Assembly (NCBI GenBank): GCA_041662565.1
Contig: JBAZSE010000005.1
Location: 402 to 64,401 of the forward strand
Reading direction: 5' to 3'
DNA length: 64,000 nt
Source of the DNA: Patescibacteria group bacterium
GTDB taxonomy: Bacteria > Patescibacteriota > Patescibacteriia > UBA1558 > UBA10009
The notes beneath the pieces are model-generated. The model did not search any database. It was not told the origin of the DNA and saw nothing but the letters and a program-made list of their open reading frames with translations. Positions 8,440-18,286 of this stretch are shown in pieces (position 1 is the stretch's first letter; each line of letters opens with the position of its first letter). The position numbers and the translations under genes were made by a program.

Positions 8440-9708
8440 ATGTTTAAACAAGAAAAGTTAGCTAATGGCATCCAATTAATTACCGCGCATCGGGCCGATA
8501 CCCAGGCGGTTACTGTCTTGGTTTTGGTTAAAATCGGTTCCAGATATGAATCATTGGATTTAAACGGAGTATCGCATTTTGTGGAGCATTTGCTGTTTAA
8601 AGGCACGCGCAAGCGGCCAAACAGTTTGGCCATTAGCCGAGCTTTGGATGGCATTGGCGCCGAATATAACGCTTTTACCGCCAAAGATCATACCGGCTAC
8701 TATATTAAAGCCAATAGCGAACATTTGGATCTGGCTTTGGATATGCTTTCCGATATGTTTTTTAATTCCGTTTTTGACGCGCGCGAAATGGATAAGGAAA
8801 GGGGAGTGATTGTTGAAGAAATCAACATGTATAACGATAATCCCTTAATGCTGATCAACGATATTTTTGAAGAAACGGTTTTTGCCGGGCATTCGTTGGG
8901 CAGGCGGATTAGCGGGCCCAAAGAAAATATTTTAAAAAAAATCAGCACCCCAGGTTTGGTAAAATTTTATCGCGACCACTATTTAAATAACCAAATCATT
9001 GTTGGCGTGGCCGGAAATTTTAATGAAGATTCAATTATTAAAAAAATCGGCGGTTATTTTAACAAGCCCCTAGCAAGCCACAAAGGCCATTCATTTGCCA
9101 AATTTTCTTCAACCCAAAAATCCCCCCGAGTTAATTTGCATTTTAAAGACACTTCACAAGTTCAGCTGGCTTTGGGTTTTCCGGGTTTTAAAAATACCGA
9201 TCCTCGAGTTTACGCTTTATCATTGCTGGCGGTTATTTTGGGCGGCAATATGAGTTCGCGTTTGTTTACGGAAATCAGAGAAAAAAGAGGTTTGGCTTAT
9301 TTTGTTAGGGCCAGTGATAGTTTTTACGAGGATTGCGGAAATTTTGTCATTCAAGCCGGCGTGGAACTTAACAGTTTGGAAAAAGCCATTAAAACAATTT
9401 TGGATCAGTTAAAAAAAGTTACTAAGCAACCGGTAGGAGAGGCCGAACTTAAGCGGGCTAAGGAATTTTTAAAAGGCAAGTTTGTTTTGCAGCTGGAAGA
9501 TAGCGCCGCTTTAATCAGTTGGCTAGGTGAGCAAAAATTATTAACCGGCCGTTTGGAAACAGTGCAAGAAAAATTGGCTAAGATCAATCGGGTTACAGCC
9601 CAGGAGATAAAAAAAGTAGCGGCCGAAGTTATTAATTTGGCCAAGATTAACTTGGCCTTAATCGGCCCGTTTAAAGATAAAGAAAAATTTTTAAAATTAC
9701 TAAAATAA
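8440..9708 (+). CDS. M16 family (insulinase/pitrilysin-like) zinc peptidase
   Basis: Inverted zinc motif HFVEHLLFKGT (HxxEH) and a two-domain M16 architecture. Confidence 0.8.
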   Translation: MFKQEKLANGIQLITAHRADTQAVTVLVLVKIGSRYESLDLNGVSHFVEHLLFKGTRKRPNSLAISRALDGIGAEYNAFTAKDHTGYYIKANSEHLDLALDMLSDMFFNSVFDAREMDKERGVIVEEINMYNDNPLMLINDIFEETVFAGHSLGRRISGPKENILKKISTPGLVKFYRDHYLNNQIIVGVAGNFNEDSIIKKIGGYFNKPLASHKGHSFAKFSSTQKSPRVNLHFKDTSQVQLALGFPGFKNTDPRVYALSLLAVILGGNMSSRLFTEIREKRGLAYFVRASDSFYEDCGNFVIQAGVELNSLEKAIKTILDQLKKVTKQPVGEAELKRAKEFLKGKFVLQLEDSAALISWLGEQKLLTGRLETVQEKLAKINRVTAQEIKKVAAEVINLAKINLALIGPFKDKEKFLKLLK

Positions 9709-9720
9709 TAAAATAATTTT

Positions 9721-10761
9721 ATGAATAACAACACAACCATCAATATTTCTACCGGCACTTTGATAAAAATTTTGATTTTTTTGGCAATCATTTCCTTTTT
9801 GTTTTTGATTAAGGAAGTACTGTTAATTTTATTGGTAGCTTTAATTTTAACCGCGGCCTTTAACCCCTCGGTGGATTGGCTGCACAAGCACAGGATCCCC
9901 AGGGGTTTGGGTATTTTAATAATTTACGCCGTGTTTTTTGCCACTTTAAGCACCGCCTTTATTTTAATTATTCCACCTATTTCTCGTGAAGTAACACAGT
10001 TATCCGAAAATTTCCCTTTTTATTACGAAAAAATCAGCGCCAGTTTCCAATCGTTCAGTTCTATTAGTAAATCCACGGCTACCGAACAGGTGCAAAACGG
10101 CTTAAATACTTTGGGTCAAAATTTGCCTCAGGCCTTATCCAACGTGGCTTCCACCATTTTTGATGTTTTTGGCGGTCTATTTTCCGCCATCCTGGTTTTG
10201 GTGATTACATTTTATTTAATCGTCCAAGAAGAGGCCATGAAGGGTTTTATCAAATTGCTCACCCCCGATAAAATTCAGCCCTACTTGGTTAGGATGCTTA
10301 ACCAGATTCAGCTAAAAATGGGTTTGTGGCTAAGGGGCCAGATTATTTTATCTTTGGTGATTTTTACCATGGTTTTTATCGGTCTAACTATTTTAGGCGT
10401 GCCTTATGCATTAGTGCTGGCTTTTTTGGCCGGTTTACTGGAAGTTGTGCCTTTCATTGGGCCTCTGGTTGCGGCCATTCCGGCGGTTTTCTTCGCTTTC
10501 ATGCAGTCGCCGATTATGGGCATTTCGGTTATTATTTTATTCGTTGTTGTTCAACAGTTGGAAAATAATTTAATCGTGCCTAAAATTATGAGCAAAGCCG
10601 TTGATCTTAATCCTTTGGTGGTGATCTTGGCGGTATTGGTTGGTGCCAAGTTGGGCGGTATTATCGGCGCTTTGCTGGCTGTTCCGGTTGCTGCCGGCTT
10701 ATCGGTGTTTATCAGGGATTTTATGGATAAAAGAATGGAAGAGGAAAATAAGCTGGCTTAG
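9721..10761 (+). CDS. AI-2E family transporter (PerM/YhhT-like permease)
   Basis: A multi-TM protein of 346 aa with the characteristic hydrophobic profile and a C-terminal conserved region (FIGPLVAAIPAV). Confidence 0.65.
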   Translation: MNNNTTINISTGTLIKILIFLAIISFLFLIKEVLLILLVALILTAAFNPSVDWLHKHRIPRGLGILIIYAVFFATLSTAFILIIPPISREVTQLSENFPFYYEKISASFQSFSSISKSTATEQVQNGLNTLGQNLPQALSNVASTIFDVFGGLFSAILVLVITFYLIVQEEAMKGFIKLLTPDKIQPYLVRMLNQIQLKMGLWLRGQIILSLVIFTMVFIGLTILGVPYALVLAFLAGLLEVVPFIGPLVAAIPAVFFAFMQSPIMGISVIILFVVVQQLENNLIVPKIMSKAVDLNPLVVILAVLVGAKLGGIIGALLAVPVAAGLSVFIRDFMDKRMEEENKLA

Positions 10762-10773
10762 AAAATAAATTGC

Positions 10774-11445
10774 ATGTCCACATTATATATAGTAGCTACC
10801 CCGATCGGTAATTTAGAAGATATCACCTTAAGAGCTCTTAGAATTCTTAAAGAAGTTGATTTTGTATTGTGCGAAGATACCAGGGTTACGAGGAATTTAT
10901 TGGCACATTACCAAATTAATACGCCTACCTTGTCTTTTCATCAGCATTCCACCGGATTGGAAGTAAATAAGTTGATTAATTTAATTAGAGAAGGAAAAAA
11001 TTTGTCTTTGGTGACGGATGCCGGTACTCCCGGTGTAAGCGATCCGGGCGGAGTATTGGTGGAAAAGGTAATTAAGGAATTTGGCGATCAGGTCAAAATT
11101 GAAGCCATTCCCGGGCCTTCGGCAATCACAGCGGCAATTTCCATTGCCGGGTTGCCATTGGATAAATTTTTATTTTTGGGTTTTTTGCCCCATAAAAAGG
11201 GTCGGCAAACATTGTTAAAAGAAATCGCTAATTCAAATTACCCCGTTATTTTATACGAATCGGTCCACCGCATTGAAAAATTATTGGATGAGTTGTCTGG
11301 TAATAACTATCAGTTGGTAGTTGCCAGAGAATTAACTAAAAAGTTTGAAACAATTTACCGGGGAACGGCGGAAGAAATTAAAATCCAGTTAAAGCCAGCA
11401 GAAGTGAAGGGGGAATTTGTTGTAATAATTTCAAAAAATGAGTAA
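10774..11445 (+). CDS. rsmI: 16S rRNA (cytidine1402-2'-O)-methyltransferase
   Basis: LYIVATPIGNLEDITLRALRILKEVDFVLCEDTR is the RsmI/tetrapyrrole-methylase-fold N-terminus. Confidence 0.85.
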   Translation: MSTLYIVATPIGNLEDITLRALRILKEVDFVLCEDTRVTRNLLAHYQINTPTLSFHQHSTGLEVNKLINLIREGKNLSLVTDAGTPGVSDPGGVLVEKVIKEFGDQVKIEAIPGPSAITAAISIAGLPLDKFLFLGFLPHKKGRQTLLKEIANSNYPVILYESVHRIEKLLDELSGNNYQLVVARELTKKFETIYRGTAEEIKIQLKPAEVKGEFVVIISKNE

Positions 11446-12880
11446 AAAATTTTATATTACCACCGCCATACCTTATGTTAATGCCCGTCCGCATATTGGC
11501 TTTGCTTTGGAAGCAGTGCAGGCCGATGCTTTGGCTAGATATCATCGCACTTTAGGCGAGGATGTATTCTTTTTAACCGGCACGGATGAAAACAGCTTAA
11601 AAAACGTTCAAGCCGCGGAAAAAGAAGGCATTAGCGCGCAAGAGCTGTGCGATCGCAACGCCAAAGTTTTTTTGGAATTAAAAAACGCCCTTAATTTGTC
11701 ATTTGATTCATTTATTAGAACAACCGAAGAACGCCATTTTAGCGGGGCGCAAAAATTATGGTCTGGGTGCCAGCCACAAGATATTTATAAAAAGAAGTAT
11801 CAGGGTTTTTATTGCGTTGGCGGCGAAGCTTTTTATCTGGAAAAAGATTTAATCGAAGGGTTATGCCCGGAGCATAAAACCGCGCCCGATTTGATTGAAG
11901 AAGAAAATTATTTTTTCAAGCTTTCAAATTATCAGGATAAATTATTAAAATTAATTGAATCAGACGAGTATAAAATTACGCCAGCCACCAAAAAAAATGA
12001 AATTACCAGCTTTATTAAAATGGGATTGGAAGATTTTAGCATTTCCCGCTCAACTGCTCGGGCTCATGGCTGGGGAGTAAGTGTTCCAGACGATGCCTCG
12101 CAAATAATGTATGTCTGGTTTGACGCTTTATCTAATTATATTACAGCTTTGGATTATTCATCCGAAGGCGACTTATTTAAAAAATATTGGCCGGCCGATG
12201 TGCATGTGGTAGGCAAGGGGATTATCCGGTTCCACGCTGTTTACTGGCCAGCCATGTTAATGAGCGCCGGTTTGGAAGTTCCTAAAGAATTGTTTGTTCA
12301 TGGATATGTTAATGTTGGTGGAGAAAAAATGAGCAAGAGTTTGGGTAATGTGATTGATCCTTTTGAATTGGTTTCCAAATACGGCACCGATGCCGTTCGT
12401 TATTATCTGCTCAAGCAAATTCATCCGGTAGAAGATTCCGATTTTACGATTGAAAAATTTGAAGAAGTTTATAACGCGGATTTGGCCAATGGGCTGGGGA
12501 ACCTCGTTTCCAGAACAGCTAATTTGATTGAAAAGAATTTTGATGGGAAACTTAAAGCTCAAAACTTAATTGAGCTCAGCTCGATAGAGCTAAAAACTAA
12601 TTTTGATAAATATATTAAAGAATATAGATTTGATTTGGCGCTTAAGGAAATTCAGGAAATGATTACGGCTACCGACCAGCTGATTGATCAACAAAAGCCC
12701 TGGGTTTTGGTTAAAACCGATTTAAAAAAAGCAGAAGAAGTTTTGGTTCAGGCAGTTAGCCAAATTTTATCCGTAGCCGAAAGTTTAAAGCCATTTTTAC
12801 CTCCTACAGCGGATAAAATCATCGTTCAGTTTACTGCCGAAAAGATAGTTAAAGGCGAATCGTTGTTTCCAAGAATTTAA
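11438..12880 (+). CDS. metG: Methionyl-tRNA synthetase; carries an in-frame palindromic mini-element insertion at 12554-12604
   Basis: YITTAIPYVNARPHIGFA (HIGH region) and KMSKSLGN. The inserted peptide is ..KAQNLIELSSIELKTNF.. Confidence 0.9.
   Translation: MSKKFYITTAIPYVNARPHIGFALEAVQADALARYHRTLGEDVFFLTGTDENSLKNVQAAEKEGISAQELCDRNAKVFLELKNALNLSFDSFIRTTEERHFSGAQKLWSGCQPQDIYKKKYQGFYCVGGEAFYLEKDLIEGLCPEHKTAPDLIEEENYFFKLSNYQDKLLKLIESDEYKITPATKKNEITSFIKMGLEDFSISRSTARAHGWGVSVPDDASQIMYVWFDALSNYITALDYSSEGDLFKKYWPADVHVVGKGIIRFHAVYWPAMLMSAGLEVPKELFVHGYVNVGGEKMSKSLGNVIDPFELVSKYGTDAVRYYLLKQIHPVEDSDFTIEKFEEVYNADLANGLGNLVSRTANLIEKNFDGKLKAQNLIELSSIELKTNFDKYIKEYRFDLALKEIQEMITATDQLIDQQKPWVLVKTDLKKAEEVLVQAVSQILSVAESLKPFLPPTADKIIVQFTAEKIVKGESLFPRI
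12554..12604. repeat. Palindromic mini-element copy inserted in-frame within metG
   Basis: AAAGCTCAAAACTTAATTGAGCTCAGCTCGATAGAGCTAAAAACTAATTTT; both arms match the reverse complement of the 1602-1647 copy. Confidence 0.75.
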
Positions 12881-12885
12881 GTTTT

Positions 12886-13032
12886 TAAAGCGAGCATGGG
12901 CAAGTAAAATTTTTTTCGGTCTGAGACGGGTCCCCCCGAACGAGCCTGGGCGAGCTACAAGCGAGACCCTGGCGAGTTGAGGGAGGGAGGCGAGGACAAA
13001 AAAATTTTTGCTTGGCCAGGCTAGCGTTCAAC
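12886..13032. repeat. GC-rich palindromic element, subfamily B
   Basis: Core GGCGAGTTGAGGGAGGGAGG; near reverse complement of the 18287-18421 copy. Confidence 0.75.
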
Positions 13033-13053
13033 TAATCATTAATTTATAATCAT

Positions 13054-13620
13054 ATGTCTACCATTGATATCATTATAATCATCATCTTGGCGCTGTTTAT
13101 CTGGAAAGGCGTTAAACTTGGCCTAATTGAAGCAGTGGGCGGTATTATCGGCCTATTTATGGGTGCTTGGCTGGCCGGCCGCTATTATGCCCAAGCCGCC
13201 GAAATGATTAAAGGTCTGTTGTTCGGTTCGGAAATTTTAGCCAATGTTTTAGGTTTTATTTTGGTGTTTATCGTTATTAACCGAGGTATTGCTTTGTTGT
13301 TTTGGATTGCCGATAGGGTATTTCATATTATTGCCATTATTCCGTTTTTAAAAAGCATTAATTATTTTTTGGGCGGAATATTTGGATTAATTGAGGGTGT
13401 TATTTTTATCGGCATTATTGTTTTCTTTTTAACTTTGGTGCCTTTTACAGAAAAGTTTCAGGAAAAAATAGCCAGTTCCAGATTTTCCGGAATTTTTGCC
13501 ACGGTTGGTAAAATTGCCGATCCGTTTATTCCCGATACTTTAATAGATTTGCCGTTTGATTTACCCAATGTTGGAGATACTTTAAAAGATATTAATTTAA
13601 GCATTCCTCAAATGAAGTAA
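13054..13620 (+). CDS. CvpA family membrane protein
   Basis: A four-TM small membrane protein; the N-terminus IDIIIIIILALFIWKGVKLGLI is typical of colicin V production protein CvpA. Confidence 0.55.
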   Translation: MSTIDIIIIIILALFIWKGVKLGLIEAVGGIIGLFMGAWLAGRYYAQAAEMIKGLLFGSEILANVLGFILVFIVINRGIALLFWIADRVFHIIAIIPFLKSINYFLGGIFGLIEGVIFIGIIVFFLTLVPFTEKFQEKIASSRFSGIFATVGKIADPFIPDTLIDLPFDLPNVGDTLKDINLSIPQMK

Positions 13621-13627
13621 TTTTTTT

Positions 13628-14986
13628 ATGCTCATAGACACTCACGCTCATCTAAATTTTAGGGCTTACGATATTGATAGGGAAGAGATTGTTACACGTT
13701 GTGCCAAAAAGGGCATGGCAGTTGTTAACGTTGGCGCGCAATACCAAACCAGCAAGAGCGCGGCCGCGTTGGCATTAAAGAATGAAAATTTTTACGCCAC
13801 AGTGGGCCTGCATCCAATCCATGCTTTTGATGAAATTTTTGACGCGGCCGCTTACGAATCATTGTTAAACCCTAAAGTAGTCGGAATCGGCGAATGTGGT
13901 TTGGATTATTGGTGGTTTAAATACCTTAAAGAGCCCTATAAAATAGTTTTGTTGCACGGTTGGGGCGGTAGTAAGGATGAAAGGTTTTTTATTTGGCTGG
14001 ATGAAGAGCTGACTAAACTTGGTCACACCGTCATTCGCTTTAATTTTCCCGATACCGATAATCCCAATCAAGAAGCGTGGTTAAAAGAAATTAGCAAGCA
14101 AGTGGGCTATGTTAATGGCAAAACATTGCTAGTAGGTTTTTCTTTGGGCGGGGTTTCCATTTTAAGATTTTTGGAACAGTTGGATGAAGATGCAACCATA
14201 GCTGGTGCTTACTTGTTAGGAACTCCGGCTCAAAATCCGGGCTATCCGGAAATAAAAGATTTTTTTAAAACCGATTTTGATTGGCAACACATTAATTCGG
14301 TTTGTAAAAATTTTAACATTTACAGTTCCACTAATGATGAGGTGGTGCCCGCGGAGCATGGCTTAAAATTGGCGGAAAAACTTAAAACCGAGGTTAAATC
14401 CATTAAAGACGCCTGGCATTTTAATCTAGAAACCATTCCAGAATTGCTGATAAATATCAATGAAGATATTATTGAGGTTGAAAAAAATTTACCGACCATA
14501 GAAGGAGTGATTAAAAAACAGGAAGAAATTTTTATCCAACAAATCAAATTTGCCCAAAAATACAACCTTGCCTTAATGTTGCATGGTCGCAATGGCTTAG
14601 AGGGCAGGGATGTTTACGCCGAAATGCTGGAGATCCTTAAAAAGGAAAAAATTGAGCGGGCTGTTTTTCATTGCTATGGCGGAACGCTGGCAATGGCTCA
14701 ACAAATTGTTAAGGCCGGTTATTATATCGGTATAGATGGCCCGGTTACTTATAAAAAGAAATCGGAAGAACTTCAGACGGTTGTCAAGGAAATTCCTTTG
14801 TCCAGTTTGTTATTGGAAACTGATGCTTGTGGTCCTTATTTGACTCCAGAGCCATATCGAGGACAGCGCAATGAACCGATTTATATTGAGCTCATTGCCA
14901 GTAAAGTCGCCGAATTAAAGGGTTTGTCAAAAGATGAAGTTATTGAACAAACCTGGCAAAACGCTAAAAAACTTTTTAAAATTTAA
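13628..14986 (+). CDS. TatD-family metal-dependent hydrolase with an internally inserted YdeN/RBBP9-type alpha/beta serine-hydrolase domain
   Basis: TatD N-terminus (DTHAHL ... GIGECGLDY) and TatD C-terminus (LMLHGRNG ... FHCYGG ... LLETDACGPYLTPEPYRG). These flank roughly 195 aa that match the YdeN family (IVLLHGWGGS, GFSLGG, RFLEQL, STNDEVVP, HF). Confidence 0.8.
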   Translation: MLIDTHAHLNFRAYDIDREEIVTRCAKKGMAVVNVGAQYQTSKSAAALALKNENFYATVGLHPIHAFDEIFDAAAYESLLNPKVVGIGECGLDYWWFKYLKEPYKIVLLHGWGGSKDERFFIWLDEELTKLGHTVIRFNFPDTDNPNQEAWLKEISKQVGYVNGKTLLVGFSLGGVSILRFLEQLDEDATIAGAYLLGTPAQNPGYPEIKDFFKTDFDWQHINSVCKNFNIYSSTNDEVVPAEHGLKLAEKLKTEVKSIKDAWHFNLETIPELLININEDIIEVEKNLPTIEGVIKKQEEIFIQQIKFAQKYNLALMLHGRNGLEGRDVYAEMLEILKKEKIERAVFHCYGGTLAMAQQIVKAGYYIGIDGPVTYKKKSEELQTVVKEIPLSSLLLETDACGPYLTPEPYRGQRNEPIYIELIASKVAELKGLSKDEVIEQTWQNAKKLFKI

Positions 14987-14992
14987 TTTTTT

Positions 14993-16048
14993 ATGGAAAT
15001 ACTATTAATTATAACTTTAGTAGTCATTGTTGCGGGCTTTGCCGTTGTCTTTGTTTTCTTAAATAAAAAACCGGTTGAATCGAATAAAAATGACCAATCC
15101 ATGTTAATGCTGCAAAACCAGCTTAACGAACTTAATAAAACGCTGGATAGCAAATTGCACCAATCATCGCAGGTTATGCAACAGCAGTTTTCACAATCCG
15201 CCAACATTATTCGTGATGTTACCGAGCGTTTAACAAAGCTGGATGAAACCAATAAGCAGGTGGTGGGTTTTGCCGATCAGTTAAAATCGCTTCAAGATAT
15301 TTTAAAAAATCCCAAACAGCGCGGGGTGGTAGGGGAGTATTATTTGGAAACTTTGCTAAAAAACGTTATGCCGCCCGGCAGTTACCAAATGCAATACGAT
15401 ATGGGTGAGGACGAAAAAGGAAATAAATTAATTGTTGATGCCATTGTGAGGGTTAAAGATAAAATTATTCCCATTGATTCAAAATTTTCTTTGGAAAATT
15501 ATAACCGTTTGGTGGTGGAGCATAATGAAGCCGAAAAAGATCGCTTGGAAAAATTGTTTGTCGGAGATTTAAAAATGAGGATTGTCGAAACTTCCAAATA
15601 TATCCAGCCAAGCAAGGGCACCATGGATTTTGCCTTCATGTTTATTCCGCACGAAGCCATTTATTATGATTTATTAATCAATAAAATCGGCGCGGTAACC
15701 GAAGATACCGAAAATTTAATTCAGCGGGCTGCGGGCAAATACAAAGTTATTATTGTTTCGCCAACTTCCTTTTTGGCCTATTTGCAAACTGTTCTGCAAG
15801 GTTTGCGGGCTATGCAGATAGAAGAATCCGCCAAAGAGATTCGCAAGCGAGTGGAGTTATTGGGCAAGCACTTATTAAGTTACGATACTTATTTGCAAAA
15901 ATTAGGCAGTAATTTGGGCACCACGGTAAATATGTACAACAGCGCTTATAAAGAATTCGGTAAAATAGAAAAAGATGTGGTTAAGATCGCCGGCGGAGAG
16001 GCCAAAATCGAGCCCTTAGAGATAGCCAAACCTAAATTAGACGAATGA
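14993..16048 (+). CDS. rmuC: DNA recombination protein RmuC
   Basis: An N-terminal TM helix, a long coiled coil and the RmuC C-terminal domain (FAFMFIPHEAIYYDLL). Confidence 0.75.
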   Translation: MEILLIITLVVIVAGFAVVFVFLNKKPVESNKNDQSMLMLQNQLNELNKTLDSKLHQSSQVMQQQFSQSANIIRDVTERLTKLDETNKQVVGFADQLKSLQDILKNPKQRGVVGEYYLETLLKNVMPPGSYQMQYDMGEDEKGNKLIVDAIVRVKDKIIPIDSKFSLENYNRLVVEHNEAEKDRLEKLFVGDLKMRIVETSKYIQPSKGTMDFAFMFIPHEAIYYDLLINKIGAVTEDTENLIQRAAGKYKVIIVSPTSFLAYLQTVLQGLRAMQIEESAKEIRKRVELLGKHLLSYDTYLQKLGSNLGTTVNMYNSAYKEFGKIEKDVVKIAGGEAKIEPLEIAKPKLDE

Positions 16049-16049
16049 T

Positions 16050-16598
16050 ATGAAAGAATATTTTGATATTGTTGATGCCAATAATCAGCCGACCGGTGAA
16101 AAACGATTGCGTTCGGAAGCGCATACTTTGGGTTTATGGCATCGCACTGTACATATTTATTTTTTTAGACAAGTGGCTGGTCATTTAGAATTTTTAGTAC
16201 ATTTAAGATCAAAAAACGTTGATTCGCATCCCGACAACTGGGATACGCGTTTTGGTGGACATCTTAAAGCCGGAGAAACTTATGAACAAGCGGCGTTGAG
16301 TGAGGTTGAAGATGAAGTCGGTTTAAAGATAAATGTAAGTTCTTTGATTAAAGGTTTGGTTCGTGTAAATAATAAAGAAAATAATCGAGAATTTTCACAG
16401 GTTTATTACTATGAGTTTCTTGGAGAACCTGATGATTTGTTATTTAAAGACGATGAAGTTCAATCGGTTAAATGGTTAAAAGCAAGCGAGATCATTGAAG
16501 GATTAACAAATAATTCTGAACAATGGGCAGGGGGTTTAGCGGGGTTTAAAGCAATTTTAGAATATCTAGAGGATTATTTGAATAATAAGAATTATTAA
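16050..16598 (+). CDS. NUDIX hydrolase
   Basis: Nudix box GGHLKAGETYEQAALSEVEDEVGL. Confidence 0.8.
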   Translation: MKEYFDIVDANNQPTGEKRLRSEAHTLGLWHRTVHIYFFRQVAGHLEFLVHLRSKNVDSHPDNWDTRFGGHLKAGETYEQAALSEVEDEVGLKINVSSLIKGLVRVNNKENNREFSQVYYYEFLGEPDDLLFKDDEVQSVKWLKASEIIEGLTNNSEQWAGGLAGFKAILEYLEDYLNNKNY

Positions 16599-16656
16599 TA
16601 TAGAAGATTATTTGGCTAAAATTAGCCATTTTTTTAAGTTGATATTTTTTAGGTAC

Positions 16657-16685
16657 TTGAAACTTTCAGTTAATTACTATATACT
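16657..16685 (+). promoter_or_regulatory. Candidate sigma70-type promoter of the ATP synthase operon (TTGAAA-N17-TATACT)
   Basis: A near-consensus -35 and -10 with 17-nt spacing, about 20 nt upstream of the atpZ-like ORF. Confidence 0.45.
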
Positions 16686-16705
16686 TTAGGCGCAAAATTC
16701 AATTT

Positions 16706-17014
16706 TTGTGGAAAAATATGCCAGAAAATAAGGGTAATGATGTTAAGTGGTATTCCCAGGCATTAGAGATATTTGCCGGAGTTTCCGGTTGGATCGCTGG
16801 TCCAATTATTGCCGCCTTATTTTTAGGCAAATGGCTGGATAAAAAGTACGATAGCGAGCCCTGGCTGTTCCTATTATGTATTGGTTTGGCATTTGCCATT
16901 TCTTCATTCGGTATTGTAAAAATCACTTTGACTTATATTAAAAAAATTGAAAAAGAGGCGAGCGATAATAAAGCAGCCCTTGAGCAAAATAAAAAGATTA
17001 ATAATCAATCATGA
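16706..17014 (+). CDS. AtpZ/AtpI-like small membrane protein preceding atpB
   Basis: A two-TM 102-aa protein in the position immediately upstream of atpB, with overlapping stop/start. Confidence 0.45.
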   Translation: MWKNMPENKGNDVKWYSQALEIFAGVSGWIAGPIIAALFLGKWLDKKYDSEPWLFLLCIGLAFAISSFGIVKITLTYIKKIEKEASDNKAALEQNKKINNQS

Positions 17015-17919
17015 GCCAAGCAACAGTTAAAAAAAATATAGACACTTCTTTGGAACAGGCCACCGAAGTTACTGGTCTGCCAGCAGCAGAAGAGCAAACA
17101 GCCGAGGAATCGGGTCAGGTTTCGCACGAGGCCACCCTTTTTGCCGAACCGATTTTTCATTTGGGAAATTTTACTGTTACTAATTCTTTGATAAATTCTT
17201 GGTTGGTAGTGATTATTTTGGTGGTTGTGGCCTTGGTTTTAAAAAGCAAAGTTAAAAAAATTCCCGGTCGGATGCAAAATTGCGCCGAAGTGGTTATAGA
17301 AGGTGCACTTAATATGGGCGATTCAGTAACGGGTGATAGAAAAAAAACCTTAAAAATTTTCCCTATTGTTTTTGCAATTTTTTTGTTTGTTTTGCTAAAT
17401 AACTGGCTGGGCTTATTGCCAGGCATAGGATCCATTGGCTTTATTGAAAACGGTGAGCATGGAGCGGTGTTTGTGCCTTTACTAAGAGGCGCTACGGCCG
17501 ATTTAAATACCACTTTGGCCTTAGCCATATTTGCGGTTATTGGTTCAAATATCTTTGGCGTTTTTGCGGTGGGTTTGTGGAGCCATATTAATAAGTATTT
17601 GAACTTTAAGGCCTTTTTGGCAATTCCCAAAAAAATCATTAAAGAACCCACGGTAATTTTTGTTAACCCCATTAAGGCCTTTGTGGGTTTAATTGAAATT
17701 GTCGGCGAGGCGGCTAAAGTGGCATCTTTATCATTCAGGTTATTCGGTAATATTTTTGCCGGGGAAGTTTTATTATCGGCTATGGCGGTAATTTTTGCCT
17801 TTGGTTTGCCCATACCTTTTATGTTTTTGGAAGTTATTGTTGGGTTGATTCAGGCCTTAATTTTTGCTATGCTGACGCTGGTTTACTTTACTATTGCCTC
17901 AACTGCCGAGGAGCATTAA
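17011..17919 (+). CDS. atpB: F0F1 ATP synthase subunit a
   Basis: Conserved a-subunit region LSFRLFGNIFAGEVLL with the essential Arg. Confidence 0.9.
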   Translation: MSQATVKKNIDTSLEQATEVTGLPAAEEQTAEESGQVSHEATLFAEPIFHLGNFTVTNSLINSWLVVIILVVVALVLKSKVKKIPGRMQNCAEVVIEGALNMGDSVTGDRKKTLKIFPIVFAIFLFVLLNNWLGLLPGIGSIGFIENGEHGAVFVPLLRGATADLNTTLALAIFAVIGSNIFGVFAVGLWSHINKYLNFKAFLAIPKKIIKEPTVIFVNPIKAFVGLIEIVGEAAKVASLSFRLFGNIFAGEVLLSAMAVIFAFGLPIPFMFLEVIVGLIQALIFAMLTLVYFTIASTAEEH

Positions 17920-17955
17920 TTTATTAATAAACATCTCTTAAAAGCGCGACTTTAA

Positions 17956-18219
<264 letters not shown>

Positions 18220-18286
18220 TCGATTTACACTCAGAAGGTTTAAATTTTTTGGCCTTCTGAAGTAAGAAGATTATTTAAAATTTAAA

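Noticed and set aside
8380-8440. Small peptide (MENLILPGAKQ) preceded by a GGAGG Shine-Dalgarno-like sequence inside the palindromic element
   Set aside because: The GGAGG is simply the complement of the element's CCTCC box. The short ORF is not conserved between copies (different lengths and frames), so it is most likely coincidental.
17157-17813. 218-aa minus-strand ORF antisense to atpB, and many similar antisense or alternate-frame ORFs in the six-frame track (for example 1017-1409, 9405-9887, 10326-10568, 29061-29420, 58041-58883)
   Set aside because: Each lies entirely inside a well-supported conserved gene on the other strand or frame. They have Lys/Ser/Thr-rich low-complexity translations typical of the antisense of AT-rich coding DNA, and no start context.
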